DNA of 63,991 bases, filler included, from Klebsormidium nitens (GCA_000708835.1; 4 parts of 4 records of this genome joined end to end with filler, not necessarily neighbours in it); one strand, 5' to 3'; positions 31,812 through 46,100 are shown, numbered from the whole stretch's first letter. Numbers and translations: made by a program. The notes: generated by a model from the letters alone, not told the origin.

Positions 31812-34800
31812 TCACCTCCTGCTTCCGGTCCCCCCTCTCTCGCCTGCACGAACCCATCCGAAAACCGCGGCATCCATTTTCGCTTCGGCCCCGGCATCTC
31901 CCCATTGGCCGCCCCGCCCCCCCCCTCCCCCTTGCAGGCTCTCCGCCCCCCCGGGAACGAGCTGGTGCTCCGCCACGCCATTGCGCCCCGTGCTCACGGA
32001 GAGCATCCACCCCTTGTGCTCGAACAGCCGCTTGTCCGCAAACGTGCCGCTCACTTTCCGCGTCAGCTGGCCCGACCGCCACGGCACTGGCGGCAGCGCC
32101 TGGCTGCCTGCCTGGCTGGGCGGCTGCAGGGGCGGCGGCGGCTGCTGCCCCGCGTGCGCCGCCAGCATGGTCTGCTGGATCTCCTCCTTGCGCAGCTCCC
32201 CGCTCTGCGGCCGGTGGTGCACGCGGGACCGCCCGCCGCTCGAGTAGCCGCCGCCGCCCTCCTCGCGGGGGGCCCGCCGGTGGGGCCGCTCCGTGAACGA
32301 GTGGTCGTTGGCAAAGCGGTCATCGCGCACCGGGTTCGGATTGAGCACCTGGCAACGACAGCAGTGGGGAGACTGAGAGTGCAGACCAGCAATCACGCCG
32401 ACAGGAGTACTGGGTGAGTCAAATGCTTCAACATCGACGAAACAAACGGTAAACGTTGCTCTAGCGTACCCTGGGTGTGACCCGGCGCGTTACCTGGGTG
32501 GCCTCCACGGGGAAGCCGCGCTGGTGCAGGTCCGGCACACTTTTGATGGGCCGCGGCCGTCCAGGCAGCGGACCGGCCCGGTCGTGGTCTGCGCCCTTAA
32601 GGCGCTCGGCGGCCTTCAACGCATCGCGCTCCGGAGCACGCAGCGAGTCCCTGCACACGCGGTGCATTGCAGGATCAGCGGTGGTGAGAAAAGCCGAAGC
32701 ACTCGTCTGAGAAAGGAGCCCGCAAACGTCAGCCAGACTTCCCTGGTTAGCACGCAGTATAAAAGTGCGCTGGCAACCCACGTGCCGCTTCAGAGGTGTG
32801 CCCAAGCGGGGCCACGTCGTGCAGCAATGGGCAGGCCTGCCATTCCCCCCTGCTTCTGTCTTCGTGCCTGTTTGAAATGCGCCTCACCTGTAGTGCTGCG
32901 CGTAGTACGCATTCGCGACGGTGTCCCACATGGGCCCGTGCGGGATTCCCATCGGCCCCGAGTGCCCCACCGGCTGCCTCCGGTCCGGCGCTCGCGGCTC
33001 CGGGTTCAGCGGGCCCATGCGCGCGGCCGGCCCGTCCTCCTCCCGGATCGCATTCCGCGGCTCCCAGATGGGCCCGCTACTCGTGCGCAGCCGCAGATCC
33101 ACGGGGCCTAACGGGCCCGACTTGCTGACGTGGCGCGAGGGAGGCGCACGCGAGGTGGTCCCTGGAGGGGTGCTGTCGCGCGCATCCGACGGGCCAGCAG
33201 CAGTCGTGGCGCCAGAGGAGTCAGCCCCGCTGATGCTCAGCTTATTGTCACTCTTGGCCTGCACGCACAAGGGCAAGGAGCGAAGCGTCAATACAAGGTC
33301 GCCAAATGGCACCAGAAGCGCGCCACCAGGAATGCACCTATGCAAACTCTGGGAGGGCGCAATGCATTCTGCTGACACTTAATCGAAGTGAAATATGAGC
33401 TTCCTCCACCGAAACGCCTCGTACCAATCCCTTCCTTCACGCTTCTGAAGAGACCACAAACACTTGCATGCTTGCTGTGCTGCGTTTGCCCCTTATGCTG
33501 TATCGGCTACCAGCAGAGCCCCTCCGCCCCCTGAGTGCGTGGCCTCACCTTCGTACTGGGCACCAGGCCAATGCGCGGCGCCGGCTTGAGCTGCCCGCTG
33601 GGGTCCAGGTCGGAGTTGGGCCGGCCTGCTGCATGCCGACTCTCACGCCGCCTCTGCGAGGGCTCGTGAGCGTTGCGATTCCGACCTGCGCCCGCGCGCA
33701 TCCTGGGGGGCCAAGCAGGACACGCAAAGTGAGCGGAGCCATTTCGGTGGGGCAGGGGAAGGAACAGGCCGAGAAAGTCGAGAACTGCAAAAATGCATCA
33801 AGTACTCTTCCGCGGAAGTTTTCCCCGGAACCCAAGCTTGTTCCTTGCACGTAGGTTTGTCGCCCATTGCACGTACTTTTGTCGCCCACAGCATCAATCC
33901 CCAACGTGGGAGGCAAGAAGAGCGTTCCTGACCCCCTCTTCCAGGCGGGCCAGGCTCACCTGCGGGCCTCCTCATCTCGCAGCTTGGCATCGTACTCTTT
34001 ACTGGGGGGGTACTCGGGAAGACTAGAGGGGTCGCAGGGGTACGGCTCAGTGTGGAAGTACTGCAAACAAACAGCAACGAAGTCAGCACAACAAACAGAC
34101 AAGGTGCGACCGCCCACCTCGTTCGGTCGCACTCACTCCGAACATGCCAGAAGCAACACCGCAAGCAACACATGCCTCGACTGCCGGATGCAGGTCAATT
34201 GACGAAGGATCAAAACCACGCCTTTCCTTGGGGTCAGGAATTTTGGTGCAGTCCCTGCAAACGCCATTCTGCAGAGACACAACATCATTCGCAGAGTCGG
34301 CGAGAGGGGTCGCTATGGGCCTCACCTCGTGCTTGAGTGCCTGGGTGGCGGTGCCTCGCTGGCCGGGCTCAATAGCGAGGAGGACGTCCAGCAGGGCGAG
34401 GGCGGCGGGCGGGAAGGCGGCATATGTATCGCGCAGACAGCGCTTATATGGTTGCTGCGGCTTGAAGATGGTGGCGTGCGGCAGGCGCGAGCGGCGCCAG
34501 TAATCGTCTGAGGGGGAGCCGCACAGCTTGAAGATCTTGTGCAGCTGCTCAACCTGCGCGCAGCGGCCGAGAGGCCGTCATGCCACGGGCGCAGAGAATG
34601 GAGCGAGAGCTGCACCCTGCCGGGCATCACGTGTGAAACACAAGAACGCGGCAAGCGAAAGCAGAAAATCCAGGCGGAGAATATGAAGCTGGTTTTGGTG
34701 ATTGCACCCAAGCCCAGGTATGCACCTTCCGAACTCCTTTTGACAAACATGAACAACAGGCATAGCAAGCTCTACACCCGCACAACGCGACCCTGCGGGA

Positions 34801-37471
34801 TGACCCGCCCCGCAGGGCCACCCGAAGAGCCGGGCACGCGGGAGAGAATGAGAGTGGGTGCGCACCTCGGTGCGGCCGGGCATGATGGGCTTCCCCGCGA
34901 GCAGCTCCGCGAGGATGCAGCCGGTGGACCAGAGGTCGACGGCCGCGCCGTACGCGGTGGCGCCCAGCAGCAGCTCGGGGGGGCGGTACCAGAGGGTCAC
35001 CACGCGGCTGGTCAGGGGCACCGCGGCGTCGGGGCGGTAGAAAGTGGCGAGACCAAAATCGGCAATCTTGAGGATGCCGTTGTTGTCCAGCAGCAGGTTG
35101 CTGCCCTTGATATCGCGGTGCAGCACGCCCCGACTGTGGCAGTGCTCCAAGCCGCGGAGCAACTGCAAGGAGAGAAGCGGACAAACCTTCGGATAAGGTC
35201 CCAGATGTCAGCGCAACCAAAGTTCCAACTGTGCATCAGCTGTTGCGTAGCATGGGCTGATGATGGCAGCCAAGCGAAGACTGCAGCAAATGCAATAATG
35301 ATGGTTCTGCAAACGTATGCCACAACCATAAAGAAGAGGGGGAATATCCAAGCGGGAGGGGGAAGCGCATATCAAGACCAGTAGGCGTCAGCATGTTACC
35401 AGGGCCACCGTGACGTAACAAAAAGCCTCAAATGCGAGCCTGCAAGGTCCTCATTGCCCAAAGCCGGCCCTGCTTCCAACCCAGTACAAGTAGATGAGGA
35501 TGATTTGAAACGCAACAGGCCCAGAACACTAAAAGTCGGCCCCCGTTTGCCAGGGAATCTTTATTGCGAGCGCCCAACTCCAGCTACGCCTCCCTGCCGC
35601 TTCAAGCCATGACCCGGACCCCCGGCCCGCCATCCCGTGTACGTGCCCCATTGCCTGCCCGTGCGCGATGCTTACCTGCAGCATGTAACACTTGATCTGC
35701 GCGTCGGTGAAGGTGACCCCGGGGCAGGCGGCGAGGCCGGCGAGGTCATGCTCCATGTACTCAAACACGAGGTAGAGAGAGCACGAGACGCGGCTGGTGA
35801 CGAGGCCCTTGAGCTTGACGATGTTGGGGTGGTCCAGCCGCCGCAGCACCTCGATCTCGCGCGCCATGAAGCGCACGCTCTCCGCCTCCAGATTGTCAAA
35901 GCGCACCTTCTTGAGCGCCACAATGCTGCCGTCCTCCAGGTCGCGCGCCTTGTACACGTTGCTGTACGTGCCCTGCCCAATCTGCACACGCAAGTGCCAG
36001 AGCCACATCTCTCTTTCTCCTTCTTTCCACTCAATCACCCGCACAATGCAGTGACGTGGGTTCACGTACGCCAGATCAGCGGAACCAGGCGCTAGGAGCA
36101 GGGAACGTCCGCTGCGCACAACACTGTGGGGCAGTGCTCCACACTGGCACAGTAGCTCTGCAGTGCCTCGTTGAGGGATCATCACCCACGGTGGGCGCCG
36201 TCAGGAATAATCTCCGACCGGGACTGGTCAGTTTAGCCGCCCGGGCTGTCTGCTCCCCCTCCAGATCAACTGGGGCAACAAATTCTCCCGCCGTAACTGC
36301 AACAGTTGCAGGCAACACCACGCGGAGCGTAACTAGTCCTCGTGCTTCAGAATCACAGTTTTGGACTTGGGCCCGGTGTGCTGGAAAGTCACCACAGGTC
36401 AAAGCTCGCAGGGGGATCACCCACGATGCCATAACTGTACTGCTTTTTGGCAAAGGTGTAGCAACGTTCGGGCTGGCCCAGTAGGGATGCTGGTAAAACC
36501 TCACAAAGAAGGCACCTTCAATCTCTTGAGAAAAATCAAGACCTGTTCCAGCGATGGCATTTAGGGTTTCCGGCACAACTTGCATCGCAAGCTGTAGCAT
36601 TGAGTACCCCAGCAGGTAACAGCTGCACTTAAAAAGGCAGCAGGGATCTGGTAACTCAACCCCATCGCCAAGTGCCCCATTCTTCATGTTATCAGTTTAT
36701 TGATAGCTCTCATGTTGCAAGATCCGAGGAGTTAAGCCCGGTACATGGCACTTCACATTCCAGAATTACATGCCCACCGATGCCACCAAGTGAGTAGCAA
36801 CACCGCAATTGGCCAATTGCTTTCCAGCCACGGCCTCCCATCAGCGCCCTCCTCGTGTCTCCCCTCACCTTGTCCAGCTTCTCAAACGAGTCTGCCCTCC
36901 GCGGCACCCACCCCAGGATCGCATCCCCCGCTACGCTGCTCAGCCAGGGCGGCCATGCTGACTGCCCCTCCCCCGGGACCGCCCGTCCCGGGCCCACCTC
37001 AGTAGTGCGCCCGCTGCTCCCCGGCACCTCCCCGCGCCCCCCGTCCAGCCGCGGTTTCGCCCGTCCCGCTCGCCGCCGTACCTCGAGTCGGTCGCCGACG
37101 AGGAACGGACGGCCCGTCCGGCCGGGGACNNNNNNNNNNNNNNNNNNNNCACGTACGTCGCGCCCCGCCTCGCTCCCCGGCCACCTCCCCCGCGCCCCCC
37201 GTCCCAGCCGCGGTTTGCCGCCCGCTGCGCCGTACTCATGGTGCGACGAGAAGGAGGCCGCCCCGCCGGGCCGCCCGTTAAGCCCGCTGCCGCTGCCCGG
37301 CTTCTGCGAGCGCGCGCTCGCCCGCCCCGAACTCTCCGACCTGGCGCTCCCTGACAACACGTGCTGCGTGTCCGCGCCCGCCTTGCGCGCGCGCCGGGGG
37401 GGGCGCACCTTGAGCTCGCGCTCCTGGTAGCCGTCCCCCCGCTCGCGGCGCTTGGAGCAGCAGGACCCCAT
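31812..37471 (-). CDS. CDK-like (CDKL/CKL-type, 'SVRFMARE') serine/threonine kinase with N-terminal MGSCCSK lipidation motif, multi-exon
   Basis: WPPWLSSVAGDAILGWVPRRADSFEKLDK|IGQGTYSNVYKARDL, ESVRFMAREIEVLRRLDHPN, HRDIKGSNLL, DFGLA, TSRVVTLWYRPPELLLG, EQLHKIFKLCGSP, YPPSKEYDAKLRDEEARR. The low-complexity C-terminal exons and the 3' end are approximate. A 20-N gap falls in exon 1. Confidence 0.9.
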
Positions 37472-39561
37472 GGCCCCACGTCAAAGCGCTAGCGCAGCAG
37501 CATCGCAGAGGGGGCCGCACGATGAGCCACCCGGGGTTTGGGCTCACGAATACGTAGGCGTTAGATGTCAGCAATATACCAAAGCCGCAAACGAGTTGTT
37601 TACAGGATTTGGTACCAGGAAAGGTGGTTGTCAGAAAAGTCGAGTTGCGTGAAATGCGCAAGGCGACAATGTCGCCGAAGACGCTGCATTTCTTTGGGCG
37701 TTGATTATGCGGCAGCGGCAGCAAGGAGGCTGAACAAACCGTACAGCTGCCCCTTTACCGTCTGCTTTGCAGGACTCTCAGAGCAAAGATGGTGAGCCGA
37801 TAACAATTAGCCCGTCAAGGATGACAATTCTCTGGCAGCTGCAAGTCGGTACGGCCACAACTCTGCAAGTATTGCTCAAGAGCCCATCAAACCACTTGCG
37901 TGCTGGTGAGTCCCTTAGGCAAGGCAATCTCGACAACATACGGCACACCTCCAGTGCAGAGCAGTGACCACCCCCGCCGACAGTAACAAAACCCCCGATG
38001 GACTTTGTGACGAGCTACTCGTGACCTCGACGAGAGCTTCTCCCTCATGGCACTTTGGATTTCAAACAGGAAAGCGCAACCTATCTCTCTCAGCACAACG
38101 TCCGTTTTAACATCAACAGAGCGCCTCGTGCAGCACTGGTGTACGTACCTTTCGGAGTGGTGTGCTCGGGAGTCGGTACGTGTTGCCCAGGGCCCACAGC
38201 CTACACTGCCCTACCGTAGGTATACGGTAGTCGAAGTTGAACGCTCCTGACCGTAGGTACAGGAATATGTACACTTCCTTGCGATTCGCCATGATGACGG
38301 AGGGGTCACCGGCGACGTTTGATATCGTGGTTCAGGGCCAGTTGACCCTCTGCCGGGCCCGGAAAAGTCGGACGTGTCGCCGGCAGAAGGATGTTAACAC
38401 CTTCCAGTCTTCTCGGCACAGCCTTCGTTCGTCACATCGATCCGACAAAAGCCAGACGGAGCTCACACGTATATCGCATATGCCGACAAATATATACCCG
38501 GCCCAGCGAAGAGTCTATCGGCCCGACAAGCCGGCTAGTAAAGCCGCCCTGAAGGTTCGGCTTGTTCAGAGGCTAGGACGGTCTACATCCCGGTTATTGA
38601 TCCCCGGGCAACAATCAGGGCGTACCTACTGCCGCGGCCTGATTATTGGGCAAAATTCAACGCCTTGAAGTGAGCCTATGATGTGTGAGAAAGAATTTAC
38701 ATTCTCGCGTGTGGGCAACGTACCTACGAGGTCCGAGTCTAGCCTGGCGCAGCTCTAGGCTGATGGCACGTGACAACTAGTATGGCGGCCAACAGAATTC
38801 CGTCCATGATGCATCATGCATGCTGGACCGCGCAGCTATTAGTTAGTATCAGTATCAGTATCATTCAATGCCTCGACACAATAAACCGCAAGTTACCATC
38901 ATTCAATGCCTGGCGGTAATTGGCCTCTCAGTAACTTGGCCCTCATGCAGCTACTGAGTGTGCCATGGCGGCCGCCGCCGCCATTGAGTCTATGGCACGT
39001 GCACTAATGGAACTGTGCAATGTTTGATGCAGCCCGACGTTGCATCCAATCTTCACTCGAGGGCCGTGCCTTACTTCACACTGTTACGAAAGTGCCTCCG
39101 TATATGAAAGTGTCGGTACGGGTACGATGGTCTCTTTTCGTTCTCGCCGTAGCCAAATTGGCCATAGGGTTCTCATGGCATACATGTATGAGTTTGTGTA
39201 CGTCCTCTTCTGCTTTGCAATGGCTAGCCTATGCCTACCTACCAGAGGTCCGTAGTACACCGCATCAATACGATACAGAAGTGCTTAGGCAATCCTTTCA
39301 AAAAGTGCTTCCTTACGAAAGCGTCCTTATGAGACAAAAGTTTTATTAGCCACCGTCACGGTTGAGGTCTTCTGTCCCGAAGGGATAACATACACCAACA
39401 ATCACATGCATACGGTATGTGCTATAAAAACCTATCCTATGATCCTATGGACGAAGGCTGCATGACCGAGAAAAAGAATAAAAGAGACAACTCGAATGTG
39501 CCGGCATATACAGTTTAATAGCAGATTGAGGTGTTGAGCGATTAGTCGTCTCTTCGAGCAT

Positions 39562-42232
39562 TCAAATATTTGATTTCAGTTCCTTTAACCTACTTCTGGC
39601 ATGCAACTTAGCTCGTGCCAAAATGTGCTTTTGCCCGATCCTCCAACAAAAGGCGAGTGAAATCAACTCATCTACAAAATCAAACTTTCGTTCGCATACT
39701 TCGTTCTCCTTACACCAATGGGTTATCGGTCCTTGCTGCTCTGGATTGCTAAGAGCCACTTGCACGGGCTTCCAGGCTTTATCATGTAAAGCAAGGTCGC
39801 TTTCAAGACTGGTTGGCAAATCTTGCAAAAGCAGTTGACATACGCTTTCTAACCACTCATACGTCCTAACATCCCCTTCCACGGAAATCCGCATTCCAGC
39901 AGACGCAAGGTGTCCATACCGTTTTCTGTCGAGGGCTGACGCTGCTCGCAGCCGCAGGGCAGACAGGAGACCAAAGGATGGTTGCCCATCTGCCCGTACA
40001 TGACACTCGGAGCGCATCTCCAACTCTGCGGAATGGACATGAGAACGTTGCTGCTCACAAGCCGCTTTCGGAAGGAGGCTGGCTGGTAGCAGGATGGTGA
40101 CCGCGTCGTTGGGATTGTCGGGAAGGAGGAAGCCGTAGTGCTCCAGCAAGTCGAGGTTACGGTACGCGCCATAGCAGAGGAGTACCTGCGTATGAGACGG
40201 GTCGCTTACAACCCCGCGCAATGCCTCCGGATCGAAGCGCCTTGCAGGCTGATTCGCTGCTTTGTCCGTGTCCTCCGTTTAGCTTCTGGTACGACCTTCG
40301 ACGGACCTGACGAGGTCCAGCCAAGACCGGTCGAGGATGAAGTAGCGGCAGTTAGGCAAGCGAAAAGTTGGGTACGAGAGTCCTGGGCGTACCTGCTGGC
40401 CTGTCCTGTAGTTCTCCCGTGCGTAGAAGCGGAAGCAGCGGGTCTCCGCGTCAAAGGCTCCGTCTGTGAGGCGGGCGGTCTGGTCCTCCTCGGACGGCGC
40501 AGCGTAGTTGAACAAGTCGCCCACGGGACAAAGCGCGCCCGCAGAATCGAAGGGAATCGCCACAGAACGGGAAGTGACCTGGACGCAGTACAAAGACAAA
40601 CGTCCGTTCAAAATGTTCCTGTTGGCATCGAAGTAGACGAGGAGACGGCGTACGCATCGTGGCACATAGCGCCACAGCCGTGCTTTGATGCCGAAGGCAG
40701 CTTGCTAACCCTTGCTTCCCAGCGGTGGTTGAGCGCTGTAGAACGCGCAAGACACTGGGATGCACCAGTGGTTGAACGACCTGTTCAGAGAATCAAAGGC
40801 TGTGCAGCTTCCACTTGAGCCGGAGGTTGATGAGATGGGTTCAAAGTAGTAGAGACGAGTGACACAGACACTGTGGTGGAGAGCACAGCATCGAAATCAG
40901 AATTTGGGTGCAAACAAAGACTCAAATGAAAGCACAGACTGCATCAAGAGTCAACCGAAGGTAACAGACAGCCTTCCTCATCGTAAGTACTCAATGACGA
41001 AGATGAAGAAGTCAAAATAAAGGTAGCGACGGAGACCTAAGGGCATCGAGCTGCTTAACAAGTACTGGAGTTGGCCCCTGGCAGAGGCAACAAAGAAGTC
41101 CGGCTCCCGGCTCTTGAATGACTAACGAAACATGTTTAGAAGCTCTGCTTTGACGTGACCCCCTCAAACCGAATGGGGACTCCGTGGTGGAGATGCGCAG
41201 AGGCCCAGACAAAACATGCTGCCCCAGGGGGAGCCCCTGGGCCGGCCGAAGTTGCAGGTGCACAGCCGGGGCCTGCAAACACCATTTGCCGAGAATACCC
41301 TGAAGACTGAGCGTTAGTTTTCAAACATTCACAAAAGCACCCCATCAGCCAGCACCATCAACGTGTTCTCCCGGCGGTCCTGCATGGCTGGCCCCGCTCT
41401 CGCGCCTGCTCACCGTTGCGGCGGCCCACAGCCAGGCCTTGAAGCGCCGGAACTTTGGGGGCAGCCCCAAATCCTGCAACAAAGGGGCGGCTGCAGCCCA
41501 ATCGCGGTGCGCTTCGGTGCGGGCCCGCCGGGCGGCCTCCATGGCATGGGGAAACTGGAGGTGGAGGACCTGAGGGGCGGAGAAGTGGGCGAGGGTGTGG
41601 TGCACGCGAGGCAGCGCTAGCAGGTAAGGCCGCCAGAAGGAGGCAGCCCCCTTGGCCACCTCGTGCAGTAAGTGCACTATCAGGACCTGCATGGGTGAAA
41701 GACAAGGGGGGGGGAAATCAAAATCCTTAAAATGCCGTTCACTAAAAAGTGACCGTCTCAGAAGGGGAGATGTTTGAAAGCACGATCCCCTTTCAAAAGA
41801 ACATAAAGGCAGAAAAATTCACCACATGCTGGAGAAGAGGATTGGAAGGACTCCGCAAGAAACAAATGCATCTGAGGGTTGCTGTTGTTCTGCCCCCAAC
41901 GAACACACCTGGTGCGAAGTCAAGCCTGGAGATCTGGTGAGCAGGGGTCCGAGAATGGCATCCGTGCGAGCTGACTTGGCGGTCATGAGCAATTGCTCAG
42001 GCACTGCCAGAAGCGCCTCCCCCGCTGTAAGGTCCCTCGTGGCAGCCAGGCCCCGGCCCCCCGCCTCAGGAAAAGTGGCCACCGCTAATGTCGTCTCCAG
42101 GCAGCTCCTTCGTTCGTTCCTTCTAGACTGCCGCGGCAAATGACCGGCCTGATGTAACAGTGGTGCAGAAACAGAGTCGTGCGCTCCGTGCTCCGCTGCC
42201 CACTTCAGCAGCTCGTCCAACTCTTGGTCCAT
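39562..42232 (-). CDS. SDG40: SET-domain (Rubisco LSMT-like class) lysine methyltransferase, SDG40-like
   Basis: MDQELDELLKWAAEHG..FPEAGGRGLAATRDL..LLAVPEQLLMT, WLWAAAT|VTSRSVAIPFDSAGALCPVGDLFNY, and VLLCYGAYRNLDLLEHYGFLLPDNPND. GT-AG introns. The ATG at 42232 is used rather than the TTG start in the ORF track. Confidence 0.85.
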
Positions 42233-42478
42233 CTGTTCTACCAACCAGCATCAATGGACCATCCGCAACGGCAAACAGAAGTCCACCACTAACCCAGCTC
42301 GCTTTGGCCAATTCGTTGTCCCCAGCTTTTGAAAGGGTGCTGTATGCAACACAGAATTGCAATGGCCCGAGCTATTCTCAAGGCACCCGGAAAAAAAGCA
42401 CTGCGAGAGAACAGATTCCTGGGGGCATCAAAGCTTGCTTCTGCTGAAAAAGGAGTAGCGAATGTCGACCACACGAAA

Positions 42479-42914
42479 TACTCTCGACAATTTTCGCCGA
42501 CCTTAAGTTCTAAGTTCCAACTTCGCCGACGAATCTCGATCGCTACGCGCGGCGCTCCACCGCACATCGCCACTGCTCGCGTACTTTTATGTATGTTATA
42601 TGCATCAGTCGGACGGCAATGCTAGCGCGCATATTGACGGCGGGATGACGCTATGGCCCGTCAGTGAAATCTGCGGTCTAGCTTGAGTCGCCATCATTTT
42701 GGAAACGCCAGGCGTAAAGCCTGAGGTAACAAGGATAACATAAATCTGTCATATATCCTCTTTTATTCAGTGTTATTGTCGCTGAATATTCATCTACCTT
42801 TTATAAAATTTCAGTCGCGGAGGGCGTTGGCCGCCAGGCCAATGTCCCACGCCTCTCACAAAGGTCATCGGCTTATTGCATCCTGGGCGTTCCAATTTCC
42901 GCCACCCTTAATTC
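42479..42914. repeat. Dispersed composite repeat, copy 2 (modules X, Y, Z), in the SDG40/CYC1 divergent intergenic region
   Basis: See copy 1. The distal 101 bp (42814-42914 vs 28247-28347) are 99/101 identical. Confidence 0.9.
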
Positions 42915-43195
42915 AACTACCGGTAAGCTGCTGCTCGGCACCCAGGTGTTTTATTTTGATGGCCACGTGCTACAAGATGAACCGTGCGATGTGCAAATGC
43001 CAGTGTGCAAGACGGCCATTGCCAGAAAGCGCTGAGAACGTCAAGAGGAGGACTCGGAGGAGCTTTGACGCGCTTGCATTGCAAGCGCCAGATACGATCT
43101 GAACCCAGCTCTTGGGGGACCCTTTGTGTCCGCTTGATCCCCCTTTCCTTCTGCAGACGCGGCGATCAAGGCCAACGGCAAACGCTGCGTCCAGC

Positions 43196-46100
43196 ATGTT
43201 GGGGCGGGTGGCTCTGGCGGCCCGCAGCCTTGTGCGTTCCTCGAACACCGCACCCGTGCAGGATGGAGTTTTTCAGAGGGCAGCACAGGTAGGGTAACCA
43301 GTTCGCGCTTTGCCAGGTTGTGTGGTTGATGCACATTATCAAAGTCTCTTGTGCTGCTGCTTCTATTCAGTATACAGAGAGACCTCCTGTTTCTGCCCTC
43401 AACCACATGAAGCACACCTTTTATCTGCTGGATGTGGCGTGTGAAATAATTTCAGTTCATTCTTGTGTTCTTTGAGAGGCGCATGAAGAAGGATCAGCAT
43501 TTTTTTCAAATGGAATCAGGGTAAAGGGAGATATGGAATCAGGGTAACGGGAGAGAGTGGCACAATCTGAGGTTGTTTTGAGCATTTCATCGTGGTCAGC
43601 GTAACAGCATATGACAGTCGCATATATGAATCTGGAAGGCGGACGACATCAAGCTGCATCCCTGACACAGAATTGGCGGTTTCACAGGAAAAGAGCTACT
43701 GTTGATCTTGGCTTGTGCACAAGTAGTTGTGACATTTAACCCAACTTTGCATAGCCGCAAAGAAGCACCACCAAGGTTGATGCAAATTACTGACTACCTG
43801 TTGCTTGCACAATCACTTCATTGAAGACAAAAGTAGTCCTGCAAAAGGCCTGGCTGATATTGCCACGGTTGGAAGATCTACAGCGGTTTTGCATTCCTGC
43901 TCGGGAACTTCTGACCATGAGCAGGTGGTTTGCAAGCCCAGCTTCTTGCTCTGCAAAGCTTTGCATGTCTGGCTGTGTGCTCGGTTCTTCCAAAGCACCT
44001 CAGCAGCTTGTGAGGTTGCAAAAGAGTTCACATCTGCTCGCACTTTTGTGCGTTGATTGGCCCGCACTGTTGTGTATCGATTGAAGCAGGCTGCGATTGT
44101 TGTGTGCAGTTCCTGCCGGCCTCAGTGGTGACGGCGCAGCAGCAGCAGGACACGCGCGTCCAGATGGCGGTGCGCGGCGTGGCCCTGTTTGCCGGTGGGG
44201 CTGTGGCGCTGTATGGTCTGTCGGACACCGTGCAGGCGGATGAGGCGGAGCACGGCCTGCACGCCCCCGCTTACCCCTGGCCGCACAACGGCATCTTCAG
44301 CTCATACGACCATGCCAGGTGTGCCCGTCGCACTCCTGCATTCAAGCCCAGTTGATTATGTCTGAGGTTCTCGCTTGTGAATGATGCTGGATTACTCAGC
44401 AATCAGGTGCCAAGAGGCGCAGTGTTGCCGCGGGCGATTTGTCAGCACCTTTGTGCCTTGATGGAAGTGCTTCCCAACAACAAGGCTTGCCAGTAGAGAC
44501 CTCACTTGAAATGGTTAAGATCGTCCATAGTACGCTGCTTCGCAAACTCTGTTGAGCAGTGGTGAGCTTGCAGACAACCCTGCAGTATGGACCTCATCTT
44601 GCTGCAAGATTACGTACAGAAGGAACAGATGTTTTGTCTTCTTCTGTTTCTTTGTCTTTTTAGTTGTCTGTAGAAGCATGCATGACTCTGGAGGGAAAAG
44701 CAATGATTCATTGAGGGGTTTGCATCTGTATGACAACCAGTAGAGATATGGGGTGGAGCTAATATGTTCCTGGCTTTGAAAAGAGAGCTTCTGGTAGTTT
44801 TTACACAAAACCTTTGCTTGACGAAGGGTCAGTGTCAGGTCCTTTGTCAAGGGGTCTGCTGACCACTTACTGTGAAGTGATGACTTTGATCTGTCTTTTC
44901 TTGAGCCCCTCTAACCATGCATCTTTTCTAGGCTGTGCTTCTTCCTTTCTGTGCGTCAGAAAAAGGCCGCTTAATCCACCTTGTTTCTACTCATCGCTCT
45001 GCATGCCGCTCTGCTTTCGTTATTGCATTTGCGCTGATATTATATGTTTCCTCCTATTTACTTCTCATCTCCTGGACAACCTCCTCTCAGGGGACCTGAC
45101 AGTACTTGGTCAGGATTGTTGAGGCACCTTGGAGCCCTGCCGTTTTGCCCTGACTTGTCTAAAGTCGCTGAAATATGAACCTGATCCCAGTGCGATTGCA
45201 CCTGAAGCACTTAGGGCATGCTGCCCCGCCCTGACCGGTCGTTGCTCGCTCGCCTCATTGCTGAAGCCTGCGCTCCTGTCTGACTGTCCATTGCGTGTGC
45301 TGTGGCATGCGCAGCATATTTCAATAGTGATGAGGATCTAGTAGCATCGGGAAATGTTGGTTGTTGAATCAACCCTTACTAAATCTTCATTCGATGCGTA
45401 ATATAAAACTCCGGCACCCCGCCTTATCGGATCCCACTTTTCCCCTCGCAGCATCCGGCGCGGGCACCAGGTGTACCAGCAGGTGTGTGCTGCGTGCCAC
45501 AGCATGAGCCAGGTGGCGTACCGCGACCTGATTGGCGTGGCGTACACGGAGGACGAGGTCAAGGCGCTCGCGGAGGAGGTGGAGGTGGAGGACGGGCCCA
45601 ACGACGAGGGCGAGATGTTCAGCCGCCCCGGCAAGCCCTCCGACTACCTGCCCAAGCCGTACGCCAACGAGCAGGCCGCGCGCTTCGCCAATGGGGGAGC
45701 CTACCCGCCCGACCTCAGCCTTATTACCAAGGTGAGCCAAACGGGGGGGTGGCACAAACGGTGTCTTGATTCGGTTGGGAGACAAAATTAAATAGAAAAC
45801 GCTAAAATAAAATAGAAAACGCTAATCACAATAGTCGCATGCTGCTCGACATCGGGCGCGTAGCTCTGCTTTGCGCCCTTTTGTTGGTTTGTTTATGTAG
45901 GTGGTTAATTTTTCCAAAGACATAGTTTGGGGTGCAGGTTTGAGCGAGTTTTGTGACCTATGATGATGTCGAAGCGTCACATTCTTGTTGGATTGCCCTC
46001 GTCGCTTGATCTGTTGGTTCTTTAATACAAGGACGGAAGCCTCAGGCGTCAGTTACTTTCATGTGCCTGCTGTGCCGCATCTTTTAATCGCTGGCGCCCT

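Noticed and set aside
36555-36575. TTTAGGG telomere-like motif (also near 12650)
   Set aside because: Isolated single copies, not an array.
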